Of a DNA stretch of 64,000 bases, positions 53,583 to 63,359 are shown one piece after another. A program made the position numbers and the translations under genes. Position 1 is the stretch's first letter. Each line of letters starts with the position of its first letter. The stretch spans positions 6,559-70,558 of IMG/VR virus record IMGVR_UViG_2914543266_000001; one strand, written 5' to 3'. Below the pieces are notes generated by a model. The model made no database searches, was not told where the DNA came from, and saw nothing but the letters and a program-made list of their open reading frames with translations. The stretch comes from a virus.

Positions 53583-54773
53583 ATGACCACACGAATTAAT
53601 AGTGCAACAGACGCCTATCGGTTAAACGAAGCCGACGTATTGGGCAATGGTAAGGACGATACTACATCGGCGAATGCGGGGCGATCGGTAATACTTGATG
53701 TAGAGGCAGGGTTAGCTTCTACTACGACTGCCACCGATGGAGATCTAAGAGTAGTTGACACTGTTGCGGAGGCGCTATCGGCTGACCCTACGGCTAACAC
53801 GACAGGTAATGCCACGCTGAAGTATAGTCGCGCATTCCTGTTGCGGTGGCTAGTTAAGTTGATCCAGCCGCTAGCGGGGGCCGTTGCTGGGGGTAGGGTA
53901 CAGGTTGATATTGTTAATGCCTCTACGCTTGCTGTTAGTGGGCCTTTGACAAACACAGAGCTAAGAGCCACGCCTGTTCCAGTCTCAGGCAATGTGACAG
54001 CGAATACCGGGCTGGCTCAACCCCTGACTGATACCCAGATACGGGCCACACCATTACCCATCAGCGGCACTGTCAGCACTGGCTTGTCTCAGCCCTTGAC
54101 CGACGCTCAAGCCAGGGCCACGCCATTGCCTGTAAGCGGGACGGTGACGGCCAACACCGGGCTAAGCCAGCCTTTGACCGATACACAGCTCAGGGCGACT
54201 CCGTTGCCCGTCAGTGGCACTGTGAGCACGGGGTTAACCCAGCCATTGACTGATGCTCAACTCAGAGCGACACCGATCCCTGTCAGTGGCACGGTCAGTA
54301 CAGGACTAAATCAACCCCTTACAGACGCCCAGCTTAGGGCCACGCCGCTACCAGTGAGTGGCACCGTGAGCACTGGCCTAGCTCAACCGTTAACCGACGC
54401 ACAGCTAAGAGCCGCCGCACTTACCGTTTTGGTCTCCAGCGCTGCCCCTGAAGGTCGCACGATCAACACGACGACAGCCAACCTCCAGGCCACCGACGCC
54501 GGGGCCATCATCTACTACGACAACGTCGCGGACGGGAACATCACCATCCCGATCGCAACAATTGCGGCCCGCGAGACCGTGCAGATTATGCAGATCAACA
54601 CGGGCAAGGCCACGCTAGTAGCGGGCACTGGGGCAACCCTAAGAATCCCCACCCACCCCAACTCACCGACGACTAACTACGTGGCAAGGACTGAGGGCCG
54701 CTATGCCACGATTACAGTCTTTCACCGGGGCAGTGAGGAGTTTGTGGTGGGTGGTCGTTTAGGGGTCGTCTAA
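53583..54773 (+). CDS. Fibre-like protein with seven 24-26 aa repeats
   Basis: PLTD(A/T)QLRATPLPVSGTV(S/TAN)TGLxQ repeats at about 53943-54415. Confidence 0.8.
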   Translation: MTTRINSATDAYRLNEADVLGNGKDDTTSANAGRSVILDVEAGLASTTTATDGDLRVVDTVAEALSADPTANTTGNATLKYSRAFLLRWLVKLIQPLAGAVAGGRVQVDIVNASTLAVSGPLTNTELRATPVPVSGNVTANTGLAQPLTDTQIRATPLPISGTVSTGLSQPLTDAQARATPLPVSGTVTANTGLSQPLTDTQLRATPLPVSGTVSTGLTQPLTDAQLRATPIPVSGTVSTGLNQPLTDAQLRATPLPVSGTVSTGLAQPLTDAQLRAAALTVLVSSAAPEGRTINTTTANLQATDAGAIIYYDNVADGNITIPIATIAARETVQIMQINTGKATLVAGTGATLRIPTHPNSPTTNYVARTEGRYATITVFHRGSEEFVVGGRLGVV

Positions 54774-55717
54774 TGGCTAGAAACTCGTTCTTAGTACCAG
54801 CGATCGCCCATCGGCGGCTGATTCGACCTAAGGTGAATCTGGCACCTGAGGTCGTGAACATTGCCGCTGCAACCTACTTGCTGAGCGGGTCAGACTTGGG
54901 GAAAGTCCTCGATGTTTCGTCCACCTGCGCGATCACAATACCTAACTCAACCTTTAGCAGCCAAGACCAGATTCTGTTGCTGCAAAGTGGCACGGGCACG
55001 GTAAGTTTTACCGCTGAGTCTGGACTGACGTTGCTTACTTACCCTTTAGGCGGTTTAGCTCAGATCCCAGGCCGCTGGCAGTATGTTGTGCTGCGGTTCC
55101 TGAGCCCTACTTTGTGTGTGGTGACAAAGATTCTACCCACCTACACAATGACCATCCAAGACCAGGCTGCGGGGACAGGACTTATCCAGGGCAGAACCCC
55201 CGACACGACCAGCGCTGGTACTACATGGACAAATGTAAACGCTGATGCCACGGTGTCAGCGTTCAACGGCTATTTTGGCGCAACCAATTCAGCGGCGGCA
55301 AACTCTTCCTTTTTCGCTGTCATCGCGTATCCAGAAGCCAAGGCGATCAAGATTACTCAGGGGATGCAATGGCGACTTACTTCAACTACCATCCCCATCG
55401 GAATATTCTTTGACTATATCGACGCCAACAACTATAGAGAAGTTACTCAAACAAGAGACGGCACAGTCCAGCTGCGCACTATCGTTGCTGGTGCCGTAAC
55501 CGTTGTGGCCACGGGCGCGGCTCCAAGTACTAACATCAACACCACCGTTACCGGAGTGCTAGAACTAAGTGCAAGTGGGGCTGTGTATCGATTTGGTGGA
55601 ACAGCTTATATAACCTACACCGCAGAGAATTTTGCCAACATCAACAGGGTTGCTGGGTTTAGAACTCGGGCTGCTGTGGATAGAGTTTTGAACTGGCGAT
55701 TGGAGATCTTGAGATGA
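54773..55717 (+). CDS. Tail-fibre-associated protein
   Basis: N-terminal module like the 35414 fibre tip; lectin-like C-terminus. Confidence 0.65.
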   Translation: MARNSFLVPAIAHRRLIRPKVNLAPEVVNIAAATYLLSGSDLGKVLDVSSTCAITIPNSTFSSQDQILLLQSGTGTVSFTAESGLTLLTYPLGGLAQIPGRWQYVVLRFLSPTLCVVTKILPTYTMTIQDQAAGTGLIQGRTPDTTSAGTTWTNVNADATVSAFNGYFGATNSAAANSSFFAVIAYPEAKAIKITQGMQWRLTSTTIPIGIFFDYIDANNYREVTQTRDGTVQLRTIVAGAVTVVATGAAPSTNINTTVTGVLELSASGAVYRFGGTAYITYTAENFANINRVAGFRTRAAVDRVLNWRLEILR

Positions 55718-57378
55718 TCTATTCCACAGACTTCACTGCGTTTAATGGTGGCCCTGTGGGTGCTCCATTCGTCGGTGATCTGGCAAGCACTAACGTTATG
55801 GGTGGGCAGGTTTATTTTACGTCTGCGTCGAAAGGAATTGCTTACAACGCAAAGCAAAGAAGTTACGCGGTACAAGTGACCTGGACACCTGCTCTGGGCA
55901 GTTCAATCGTTCAATTATTTTGCCGAAACTACACAGGCGCAAGCGACGATGATTACATAGCGATGCGTGTCGATTCAGGTGCCGATACAGTGTCGCTTAG
56001 GTTTGACGACAGGCGCACTTCAGAAATCACTGTAGACTCAAAAAGTTTTACGTTCAATGCAGACACAGCCTATGTATTGAAATTAGTTGCCCGTGGGCGA
56101 TTCATTGAAGCTTACGTTAACGGTGTTCTGCAACTGAACTTCAGGACAGCAATGAATCAGTACGGGTCTTATGTAGGGTTTCGCACTTTGGCAGGCAGTG
56201 ATCTTTTTGGTAGATTCACAAGCTTTTCTGTGTCTACTGCTAGATCAACGAATAATGATTTTTGGAACCCTGAATTCCCAAAGCTAACTAAGCATCCAAG
56301 CAACCCTATATTTTCGGGAGCGGCCCAGGTCGGCTTTGACGCGTTTTTGAACTTCAGCGTAATCAAATGCACCGACCTGGGCATCACGCCCTTAGTTGCT
56401 GGTCAGCCCTACCAAGCCTACTACAGCAAAGACCACGCAGCAGGCACGGAGAAAGGGGGGACGTTCGTTGCCACAGCCCCGACACCGCTGGGGCCTTGGA
56501 CTCGGTTCGGGTCAGCAACGACACCGTACTACGCGCCCCCCGATGCGGGCTACCAGCAGTGTGAAACACCTGTGGTGATCAAGGACCCGATCACCGGGGA
56601 TTTGATTATGATCCACCAAGCTCTGGGTAGCAATTTTTCGGGGGTGAGCCAGGGCAGTTTGATGGCACGCGCAGGCAGTAACCAGGTATTCAGTTTTGCC
56701 GGATTAGTGTTGCCGCCCTCCATCAACGACAACATCAGAGATCGCGGCCACACAGGTTACTTCAAGTTCTACGGCAGAGACTCCAGCGGCTATTGGTGGG
56801 GTAACGGCTACCTCGGCACCAGGACGGGTGGCAATGGCGCATTTAGAGAGGCGGGTAGGCGAGGAGTGTGGAAGATTTCGCCCGACTTCACGGTCTGGAA
56901 ACTGTGGGCAGAAGAAGAAGAGCCTGGCACTGAAGCCGGAAAGTTCTACACTTCGGGCCAGCCGCTAATTTACAAAAACGAACCCTATGTGATTTCCTCT
57001 GCGGTTGAGCAAGTCGGGGCGGGGCAGTTCGATGTCCGAGGGGAGTTACGCCTATTCAAAATGAACTCAGGCATGACGGGGCCGAGGCCAGGTTCGGTGA
57101 GCATCATTGACACCTCCCCAACATCGCCAGAGTACCAATCCTGGGAAGGGGCTAGCGACAATATTGGATGCTGCGGCATTTTTGTGGAAACCTCAAACCC
57201 TACAAAAGATACTCTTTATGTTTACTACAGCGTTTCCCGCAGTCCTACGAAAATGGGGGTGGCCTATGTCGATCTTCCCAAAGGTCACGCGCAGGGGCCG
57301 CAGGGAACGTTCAAACCCATTCAGCGCAACGAAGCTAGAGGGCGCGGGCTAAACTTTTTGATGCGGGGGATCGGATAA
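55714..57378 (+). CDS. Tail protein with lectin-like domain and GH43-like five-bladed propeller
   Basis: LTKHPSNPIF...ATAPTPLGPWT...ETPVVIKDP; ATGA-coupled. Confidence 0.65.
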   Translation: MIYSTDFTAFNGGPVGAPFVGDLASTNVMGGQVYFTSASKGIAYNAKQRSYAVQVTWTPALGSSIVQLFCRNYTGASDDDYIAMRVDSGADTVSLRFDDRRTSEITVDSKSFTFNADTAYVLKLVARGRFIEAYVNGVLQLNFRTAMNQYGSYVGFRTLAGSDLFGRFTSFSVSTARSTNNDFWNPEFPKLTKHPSNPIFSGAAQVGFDAFLNFSVIKCTDLGITPLVAGQPYQAYYSKDHAAGTEKGGTFVATAPTPLGPWTRFGSATTPYYAPPDAGYQQCETPVVIKDPITGDLIMIHQALGSNFSGVSQGSLMARAGSNQVFSFAGLVLPPSINDNIRDRGHTGYFKFYGRDSSGYWWGNGYLGTRTGGNGAFREAGRRGVWKISPDFTVWKLWAEEEEPGTEAGKFYTSGQPLIYKNEPYVISSAVEQVGAGQFDVRGELRLFKMNSGMTGPRPGSVSIIDTSPTSPEYQSWEGASDNIGCCGIFVETSNPTKDTLYVYYSVSRSPTKMGVAYVDLPKGHAQGPQGTFKPIQRNEARGRGLNFLMRGIG

Positions 57379-57779
57379 TGGCAACCCTTTACTTATCCAT
57401 AGGCACCCCAGGAATAACCGGGCTCACGGTCCGCACCTTCGCTGGCGACGACTTCAGTAGTCCGTCGCCCTTAATCGAGGTGTCGGGAAGTGATGGGCTT
57501 TACCGGGGGACAGTTGCTGATGAGTTTGACGTGGCCCAGGTTTACGACACGGTGGGGTCGCTAATTGCTGACGCTCACTTCAGCTTTGGCCCCAGCTCGA
57601 TCGCAGACCTTGCCGCTGCAAAACTCGCTGCCGAAACTGCCCAGAAATTGCTCCAAGCCGACGAGCGTATCAGGCCCAATCGCTACCAAAAACTTGAGGC
57701 GGGCACCACTAACGTTATCCTCGACAAAGACGTCACCCAAACCGGCGACGAAAATATCGACCTTGTGGAGCACGTCTAG
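57378..57779 (+). CDS. Hypothetical structural protein
   Basis: 133 aa, coupled. Confidence 0.6.
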   Translation: MATLYLSIGTPGITGLTVRTFAGDDFSSPSPLIEVSGSDGLYRGTVADEFDVAQVYDTVGSLIADAHFSFGPSSIADLAAAKLAAETAQKLLQADERIRPNRYQKLEAGTTNVILDKDVTQTGDENIDLVEHV

Positions 57780-57781
57780 TC

Positions 57782-57910
57782 ATGGCCTGGAATTTCCTTT
57801 GGTATAAGCAGGGGCAAGGGCCAGGGCCAGGTCAAACCGTCGTGGTCGCACCACCTGTCAAAGCGGTAAGGGTCGATCGCATTCTCAAAGCCAAAAAGGT
57901 GTGCTCATGA
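57782..57910 (+). CDS. Small hypothetical protein (MAWNFLWYKQG...)
   Basis: Read by eye, 42 aa; ATGA overlap with the next gene. Confidence 0.5.
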   Translation: MAWNFLWYKQGQGPGPGQTVVVAPPVKAVRVDRILKAKKVCS

Positions 57911-58245
57911 TCCCTGAAGTTCGATTAGTACTCTATCAGTACAGCCCTGAAATAAAGCAGATTGCGCTGTTCTCTGAGTTCGGCGGCGATGATATTGCCG
58001 TGGCGGTGCCGATTACGCTCTACGCCAGGGTGCCGGGGGCGGACGTGCCATCGTTCAGTGTCTTCTGCACCGCCGTCGGTAACCTGTTGTCGATTCCGTT
58101 CACTGCGATCGAGCTGGCCGAGGCAGGGAACTTTGATTATTCGGTCTATGTAGAGCCTGTGGACGCTGCGCCCGCATTGAAATTGCGCGGCGTGGTGGGG
58201 CATGGGACGGGGTTGGAGATTGTGGCGGTGCCGGGGGCGGCATAG
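57907..58245 (+). CDS. Hypothetical (baseplate-upper-like) protein
   Basis: Last gene of the operon, followed by a bidirectional hairpin at about 58250-58276. Confidence 0.5.
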   Translation: MIPEVRLVLYQYSPEIKQIALFSEFGGDDIAVAVPITLYARVPGADVPSFSVFCTAVGNLLSIPFTAIELAEAGNFDYSVYVEPVDAAPALKLRGVVGHGTGLEIVAVPGAA

Positions 58246-58297
58246 GGAAAGCCTCGACCTATGCGATCGAGGCTTCTTGCTGGTCAAAGTTGGGAGG

Positions 58298-58711
58298 TCA
58301 GAGGTCTAGCGCTAGGTGGCCCAGGTCATTAATCAGCGCCCCCACACACCACGCCACAGCCAGCGCTGGCAACAGATTCCACAGCAACCAGAGCATGGGC
58401 CACCAACCATAGGCTAAGCGCACCACCGTGCCAATCACTAGGCCATGGCTGAGCAAGCCTCTGTGCTTCACTATGTGGCCATAGGGTAGCCAGTAGAGGC
58501 ATGGCGGCTTGCGGCTAGGCTCAACGTCACGGTCTGCCGTAGCCCAAGCTTCTTGCCCGTAACAGGCTGCTGCGGTGGTCAACCACAAAGGCCATAGGTC
58601 GTAGGCGTAGTAATAGCCCGTGGCTGCGATCGCGCTGGTCAGGGTCATGGACATCCGCAGGTGGTGTTGGCGATTGCTGCCGCCGAAGATGAGGCGTAGG
58701 GGTGTGGTCAT
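58298..58711 (-). CDS. DUF2227-like membrane metal-binding protein
   Basis: DRD...YWLPYGHIVKHRGLLSHGLVIGTVVRLAY...DLGHLALD. Confidence 0.8.
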   Translation of the reverse strand: MTTPLRLIFGGSNRQHHLRMSMTLTSAIAATGYYYAYDLWPLWLTTAAACYGQEAWATADRDVEPSRKPPCLYWLPYGHIVKHRGLLSHGLVIGTVVRLAYGWWPMLWLLWNLLPALAVAWCVGALINDLGHLALDL

Positions 58712-58714
58712 GAG

Positions 58715-58855
58715 TTAGTTCTCCTGGCCTGGTTGCCATTGGTGATTGCAGGTGCGGCATTGCCAAATTTCTGTGCTGCCTTTTATCGTTCCGCGAAGAT
58801 GGCGAGAATTGCAGACAGGGCAGTTCTGAGGCATCGGCGGGTGTTGGTAGCTCAT
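58715..58855 (-). CDS. Small zinc-ribbon protein (MSYQHPPMPQNCPVCNSRHLRGTIKGSTEIWQCRTCNHQWQPGQEN)
   Basis: Read by eye; CPVC...CRTC; ATGA overlap with the upstream gene. Confidence 0.7.
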   Translation of the reverse strand: MSYQHPPMPQNCPVCNSRHLRGTIKGSTEIWQCRTCNHQWQPGQEN

Positions 58856-59055
58856 CGTGTCTCTCCAAAGAAGTTAGCAATGCTCTGATTTGCCCGTCGC
58901 CCCCAGTGCAGTGGGCTGAAGTATTGGTCAGGGGTTCTGGGGTCATCAAATCCAAGGGCACCCCACCCAAAAGTGATGATGCAGACGTAGCCGAGTATCC
59001 GGGCGATCGCGCCGAGGTTGTCTTTGTCGCGCTTGGGCGGGGGTGCGTCGGGCAT
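58852..59055 (-). CDS. Small single-pass membrane protein
   Basis: LGAIARILGYVCIITFGWGALGF. Confidence 0.65.
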   Translation of the reverse strand: MPDAPPPKRDKDNLGAIARILGYVCIITFGWGALGFDDPRTPDQYFSPLHWGRRANQSIANFFGETR

Positions 59056-59058
59056 GGG

Positions 59059-60951
59059 TTAGCTCAGTGTGATAGTCCATGTCTTCTCATCAACCGGGGC
59101 CAGCAACCCCATGCCCTGAAGCGTTGCCATAATGGGGCGCAGCGTCTCGTTTTTGGCGTTGGGTAGTTTGCCCTGCCTGCGGGCTTTTGCCGCCCATGCA
59201 GAGGTAGCAGCCTTTGACGTGGTCACCTCGCCACCGTCGCCCAACTCCTTCAACCACAACAGCACAGCAGCATTTAGCTCGTCGCTGGATGCGATCAGGC
59301 TGTCAATGCGGGGGTATGAGGTAGGGGCAGAGAACAGCGACAGGGGGGCAACCTCCACCGCCACAATGGGCTCAGCCACGGCGACCGCACCTTGGGCCAT
59401 TTCAGGCATGGCGAGCTGCCGGGGTTGGGCTAGGGGCTCGGCCAACATGTCGGGGGTGGTGCCTAGGGGTAGCCAGCGATCGCCAACAAAGGCAATGCGG
59501 TCGTGGCCAATCTCGGCAATCCCAGGGCGAGTGATGGTGTAGTTGTAGCCGACCTGCTCAAACAGCTGTTCGTCAAACCCCACCCCCTGCCCCTGCCATT
59601 CAACATTCTTGCCGGGGGGCACTGACACATAGACAACCTCCATTGACTTGATGGCCTTACCGCTAGGGGTCAGGTTGTCGGCCACCATTTTAGGGGCCAC
59701 TGCCCAGACAGCCAGGGTGCGCTTCATGCCGCTGCTGGTGAGGGCCGACATCTTGCCAGCGATGAGCCCGATTAAGGCTTGCAGCAAGTTGGCATACTGG
59801 CAATCTTTGGCGGCAAGGTAAGCCCATTCATCCACAATCAGAATGGCGTCTTCCTGCTCCCACCATTCGTTGACCAGCGCGATCGCATCGCCGACCAGTA
59901 CCCGCACCTCGGGCTCTGCCATTTTCGAGATGTCACCGCGCACCGACTTGACGCAGTGCTGGGTGTATTTGGCATCCTCGTCTAGCCCTTGTTTGGCATA
60001 GCTCAGTAGGTTGAGATGGTAGGCTTTGGTGCCGCGATCGGTCATCTGCTTTGAAGCGATGGCGACGAGCATAGACTTGCCCGAACGTTGTGCCCCAAAG
60101 AAAATGCGGGAGCGGTAGGGCGATTGTAGGATTTGAGCAAGTGCTGTCTTGGGCACCACCGAGAGGGTGGCGGCTAAAGGTTGCTCAACCACAGGCACCT
60201 GCGCGGCATACTGGGCTGCGGGCATTGCCTGGCTAGGCAGGCTCACCGCAGGCTCAACCCAAGGATCTTGCACCGTCACAGCGGGAACATCCACCGCTGT
60301 GAGTTGGGTGGTAGGGCCGACGGTGGAGGGTAGTTCCTGGGGGACAGGGGGTGCGGTGAGTGCAATCCGCCGCAGTTCGTCGGCATCGGCCAAGATAAAC
60401 CGCACCAAGTCCTCTCGGGGTGCTCCTTCGGCGATTGCGTCGGGGTTGTCCTTTAGCTCTCGCGAGTAAGTTTGGTGGAATCGCCGCGACATCCTAGACC
60501 AGGCCGCACGGCGTACCGCATCGCTAGGCATCGACTCAAGAGCGGCGGCAATCTCAGGGAGAATCATCGACAGCAAAGCATAGTCGCTCTTTTGGTGCGA
60601 GTCGAGATAGTGGTAGGGGATAACCCCATCGCTATCATCGCCGCCGCCGACCTTGGCCACACTTCGAGCTACTGCATCCAGCCCCACGGGCAAGAATGGC
60701 AGCGGCATCACCCGTCCAGTTTTGCGGCCTTCAGCAATCAAAGCGCCTAGGTAACCCAGCCCTGAACCGGCCAGGACCAGCGCCCCCCAACCAGTAAGGG
60801 AGAACATAGTCAGAGTGCCAAGGCCAAGGCCACTTAGCCCAGTAAGTTTGAATAGACCGCTAAACGCCTTCGACTGCTGAGCCTCACTATCGAGGTGGTT
60901 TAAGTAGTCGATCAGAGTGTTATAGGCTTTGCTGTCGATGATGCTTTCCAT
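59059..60951 (-). CDS. Membrane-anchored P-loop ATPase, FtsK/HerA/TraB-like architecture
   Basis: Two N-terminal TM helices, Pro/Ala linker, GAQRSGKS, ILIVDEW, C-terminal wHTH-like segment. Confidence 0.75.
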   Translation of the reverse strand: MESIIDSKAYNTLIDYLNHLDSEAQQSKAFSGLFKLTGLSGLGLGTLTMFSLTGWGALVLAGSGLGYLGALIAEGRKTGRVMPLPFLPVGLDAVARSVAKVGGGDDSDGVIPYHYLDSHQKSDYALLSMILPEIAAALESMPSDAVRRAAWSRMSRRFHQTYSRELKDNPDAIAEGAPREDLVRFILADADELRRIALTAPPVPQELPSTVGPTTQLTAVDVPAVTVQDPWVEPAVSLPSQAMPAAQYAAQVPVVEQPLAATLSVVPKTALAQILQSPYRSRIFFGAQRSGKSMLVAIASKQMTDRGTKAYHLNLLSYAKQGLDEDAKYTQHCVKSVRGDISKMAEPEVRVLVGDAIALVNEWWEQEDAILIVDEWAYLAAKDCQYANLLQALIGLIAGKMSALTSSGMKRTLAVWAVAPKMVADNLTPSGKAIKSMEVVYVSVPPGKNVEWQGQGVGFDEQLFEQVGYNYTITRPGIAEIGHDRIAFVGDRWLPLGTTPDMLAEPLAQPRQLAMPEMAQGAVAVAEPIVAVEVAPLSLFSAPTSYPRIDSLIASSDELNAAVLLWLKELGDGGEVTTSKAATSAWAAKARRQGKLPNAKNETLRPIMATLQGMGLLAPVDEKTWTITLS

Positions 60952-60960
60952 GATGTGCCT

Positions 60961-61914
60961 CTACTCTTTTTCGTCGGCTTGCTGAGCGATCGACCATGCC
61001 AGCTCGAACCCGAACACATTAATCAAGGCATAGACTGCCATTGTGAAAAACGGAAGCTGAAGCCCTGAGATGCTGCGGAAGAAAGCGTAGAACTCAACCC
61101 CGTAGACCATGATGATCAGCAGGAATACTCCAACGTATCCGTCAGTGCCTTCTAGCTGTAGCTCAGCGCGGGCAGCACGGGCGGCAATCACTGCCGACGG
61201 GCTTAGGTCAGGCACCTTGCGGCTGTTGAGCTTTTGGAATTTGGCATAACGCTTTTCCCACGTTCCTTGCATCCGGCGAATTGCCATGGCTTCAACGCCT
61301 CCAATAGCCAGCGCGATCGCAAGGGCCGCATACCAGTTTGGGTCGCCCCAAACTGTCCACTGCTTGTTTGGCTTGAAGTTGGTTCCAAAGGGTAGCCACC
61401 CGGTTGCAAAGTTGGCTGTCGCCCCCATCGTGGTGAGCGCCATGGGGATAGGGTTGAGCTGGGCAATGTCGGCCCCGTCGGGGATGCCTGGCTTGGGCAG
61501 CGCCCTAGGGTTCTCAATGCCGTGGGTCTGCGCTGACTGGCTTAGCGGCAGCGCGGTGTAGACCGTTTCGGTTGAGAGAATCATGCAGCCGACCGACATG
61601 GTGTAGGCCACAAACTTAAGCCCGCCCCGTGCTGTGGGGTTGGTTAACCATGCGATCGACTTTGCCGCCCATTCGGCAGGGGCGAAGAGGTTAGCTCCAA
61701 ACGGTCTTGGTGATGCTGATTTCATTGGCTGCTTACCCTGAGTTTGCTTTTGCTTGCCCTGCCCCTGCTGTTGGGCTTGGGGTTTTTGTTGTTGCTGTTG
61801 CCCTTGGGGAGGCATTACTTGTGCTTGTGGGATTTGGCCCATCACGTAGCCTTGGGCTTGCATCTGCGCCAGTATGTGGTCTGCAAATTGATCTGCCTGC
61901 GATTTCTGCGTCAT
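60961..61914 (-). CDS. Multi-pass membrane protein with Gln-rich N-terminus
   Basis: Four predicted hydrophobic helices. Confidence 0.75.
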   Translation of the reverse strand: MTQKSQADQFADHILAQMQAQGYVMGQIPQAQVMPPQGQQQQQKPQAQQQGQGKQKQTQGKQPMKSASPRPFGANLFAPAEWAAKSIAWLTNPTARGGLKFVAYTMSVGCMILSTETVYTALPLSQSAQTHGIENPRALPKPGIPDGADIAQLNPIPMALTTMGATANFATGWLPFGTNFKPNKQWTVWGDPNWYAALAIALAIGGVEAMAIRRMQGTWEKRYAKFQKLNSRKVPDLSPSAVIAARAARAELQLEGTDGYVGVFLLIIMVYGVEFYAFFRSISGLQLPFFTMAVYALINVFGFELAWSIAQQADEKE

Positions 61915-62441
61915 GGTTGAGTCTCCGATAATTGATTAAGGTTGCAGATGCTTGCGTGATGCAGTGCCTGTTGGTCGGCTTGGGCTAAGACTTGCTGACC
62001 TGTGCCAGGGTCAACCCGGATAGCGGCAAACAGTAGACCCGAGCTATCAAACAGCGGATACCAACGATCGCTGTTGTATCGAGGCGCGCCCCAGTCAAAG
62101 CCGAATAGGTTGAGTTGATCCGCTACTGGCATCCCCGCCGCAAAGCTGAACCCCTGGAGGGTGTCGCCCTGACAGTTGGGTTGCCGCAGTCCCAACTCTG
62201 AATACTTCTCGGCTACCTTCACCTCGCCCTCGATCTCTGCTGTCTTCGCCTCAATCGCTTGGATAGCAGCCCGGTGTTCCGCCTCAATGCGATCCTCGTG
62301 GTCGAGCTTTGCAGTGCTGTCCTCGTTCCACACTGCGATGGTATTGGCGGCCCCAGCAAAGCCCACCACGGCGAGAAGACCGAGGGTAGATAGGACAGCA
62401 ACACGGGGCCAGAATCGAGAGTGAGTGGTGATAAAAGTCAT
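61911..62441 (-). CDS. Membrane-anchored coiled-coil protein with Cys pair
   Basis: VAVLSTLGLLAVVGFAGAA then coiled coil; start taken as ATG 62441 (ORF track extends to TTG 62618). Confidence 0.7.
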   Translation of the reverse strand: MTFITTHSRFWPRVAVLSTLGLLAVVGFAGAANTIAVWNEDSTAKLDHEDRIEAEHRAAIQAIEAKTAEIEGEVKVAEKYSELGLRQPNCQGDTLQGFSFAAGMPVADQLNLFGFDWGAPRYNSDRWYPLFDSSGLLFAAIRVDPGTGQQVLAQADQQALHHASICNLNQLSETQP

Positions 62442-62446
62442 GTTTT

Positions 62447-62638
62447 TTGACGATGAAAAGGGAGGGGCTAAGTGCTTTGCGGGGGTGTCAATGCCGTCAA
62501 TGAGGTCGGTCGTCAATGCACCATTAAAGTTTTGACGGCTTGCTGCGCTTAGCTTTGGCGCTTTATGACTGGGGTGGAGGTCGTCAAAACTTTTTCCCCA
62601 CCCCAGCGCTCGTGTCAAAGGATTCTGAGTAGCGTCAA
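62447..62638. repeat. Array of eight TTGAC/GTCAA motifs
   Basis: At 62447, 62487, 62496, 62512, 62532, 62583, 62614, 62634. Confidence 0.8.
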
Positions 62639-62662
62639 AAAGCTGCTTAAGAACCCCTAGGA

Positions 62663-63106
62663 CTAGCGCTCCGTCGCGTCTGCGGCACCGCTCAAGTAGC
62701 TGGGTTGAGTCGCCGGTTGTAAGGGCTTCAACGATAAGCGCTTCAACATCGGCTCCCCCAGGCTGGCCTTCTCCCCCATAGGGTGCTGAGACATCAAAGC
62801 CCCAACGTTCTGCCCAATCTGGGTGAAGGCGGTGCGGCCAGAAAGCATGTCGTAGATAAGCTGGGAAGCCTCATCTACCAGGGGCTGGATGGATTGCTCA
62901 TACTCGGTGGCGATCGCGTTGATACCCGCTGTCTGCCCCTGAACAGCTTGATTTACTTGGCTTCGTAGCTGGGCAATTTCAGCTGCTACCTGAGCCCGGT
63001 AGGCCCGGTCATCCCCCGAACCAGCCTGTGTAGGGGTTGTTGCCTTGGGGCTGTTGCCAAAACCCTTGCTGTTGCTGGGGTTGCTGCGGTCGGTTGCTTG
63101 TGTCAT
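62663..63106 (-). CDS. Hypothetical coiled-coil protein
   Basis: 147 aa; GGAG RBS. Confidence 0.7.
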   Translation of the reverse strand: MTQATDRSNPSNSKGFGNSPKATTPTQAGSGDDRAYRAQVAAEIAQLRSQVNQAVQGQTAGINAIATEYEQSIQPLVDEASQLIYDMLSGRTAFTQIGQNVGALMSQHPMGEKASLGEPMLKRLSLKPLQPATQPSYLSGAADATER

Positions 63107-63359
63107 TGGTCTGCACTCCTAGAAATAGTTCGATTTCGTTGACTGAGTAGCCCTGCCGCATCCATTGAGCGACCTGCGCAAGGCGAAAACATTGATGCTC
63201 CGTGAACTCTTTCAGCCCCGATTCGATGCCCGCGAGTTTGCACCAGCGCCACATCGTAGGAATCGAGATTGTTTTCATGGCCCCTGGGTAACGAAGTGCC
63301 GAAAGCTGCCTAATGGCAGTGCTTCTGGCGATTGTTGCGGGGGTATCAAATGTTTTCAT
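63009..63359 (-). CDS. MerR/excisionase-like HTH protein
   Basis: ISIPTMWRWCKLAGIESGLKEFTEHQCFRLAQVAQWMRQGYSVNEI; its Gln-rich tail overlaps the next gene by 98 nt. Confidence 0.6.
   Translation of the reverse strand: MKTFDTPATIARSTAIRQLSALRYPGAMKTISIPTMWRWCKLAGIESGLKEFTEHQCFRLAQVAQWMRQGYSVNEIELFLGVQTNDTSNRPQQPQQQQGFWQQPQGNNPYTGWFGG

Noticed and set aside
58527-58970. 147-aa ORF from the track
   Set aside because: Overlaps three better-supported coupled ORFs (58298-58711, 58715-58855, 58852-59055) in other frames
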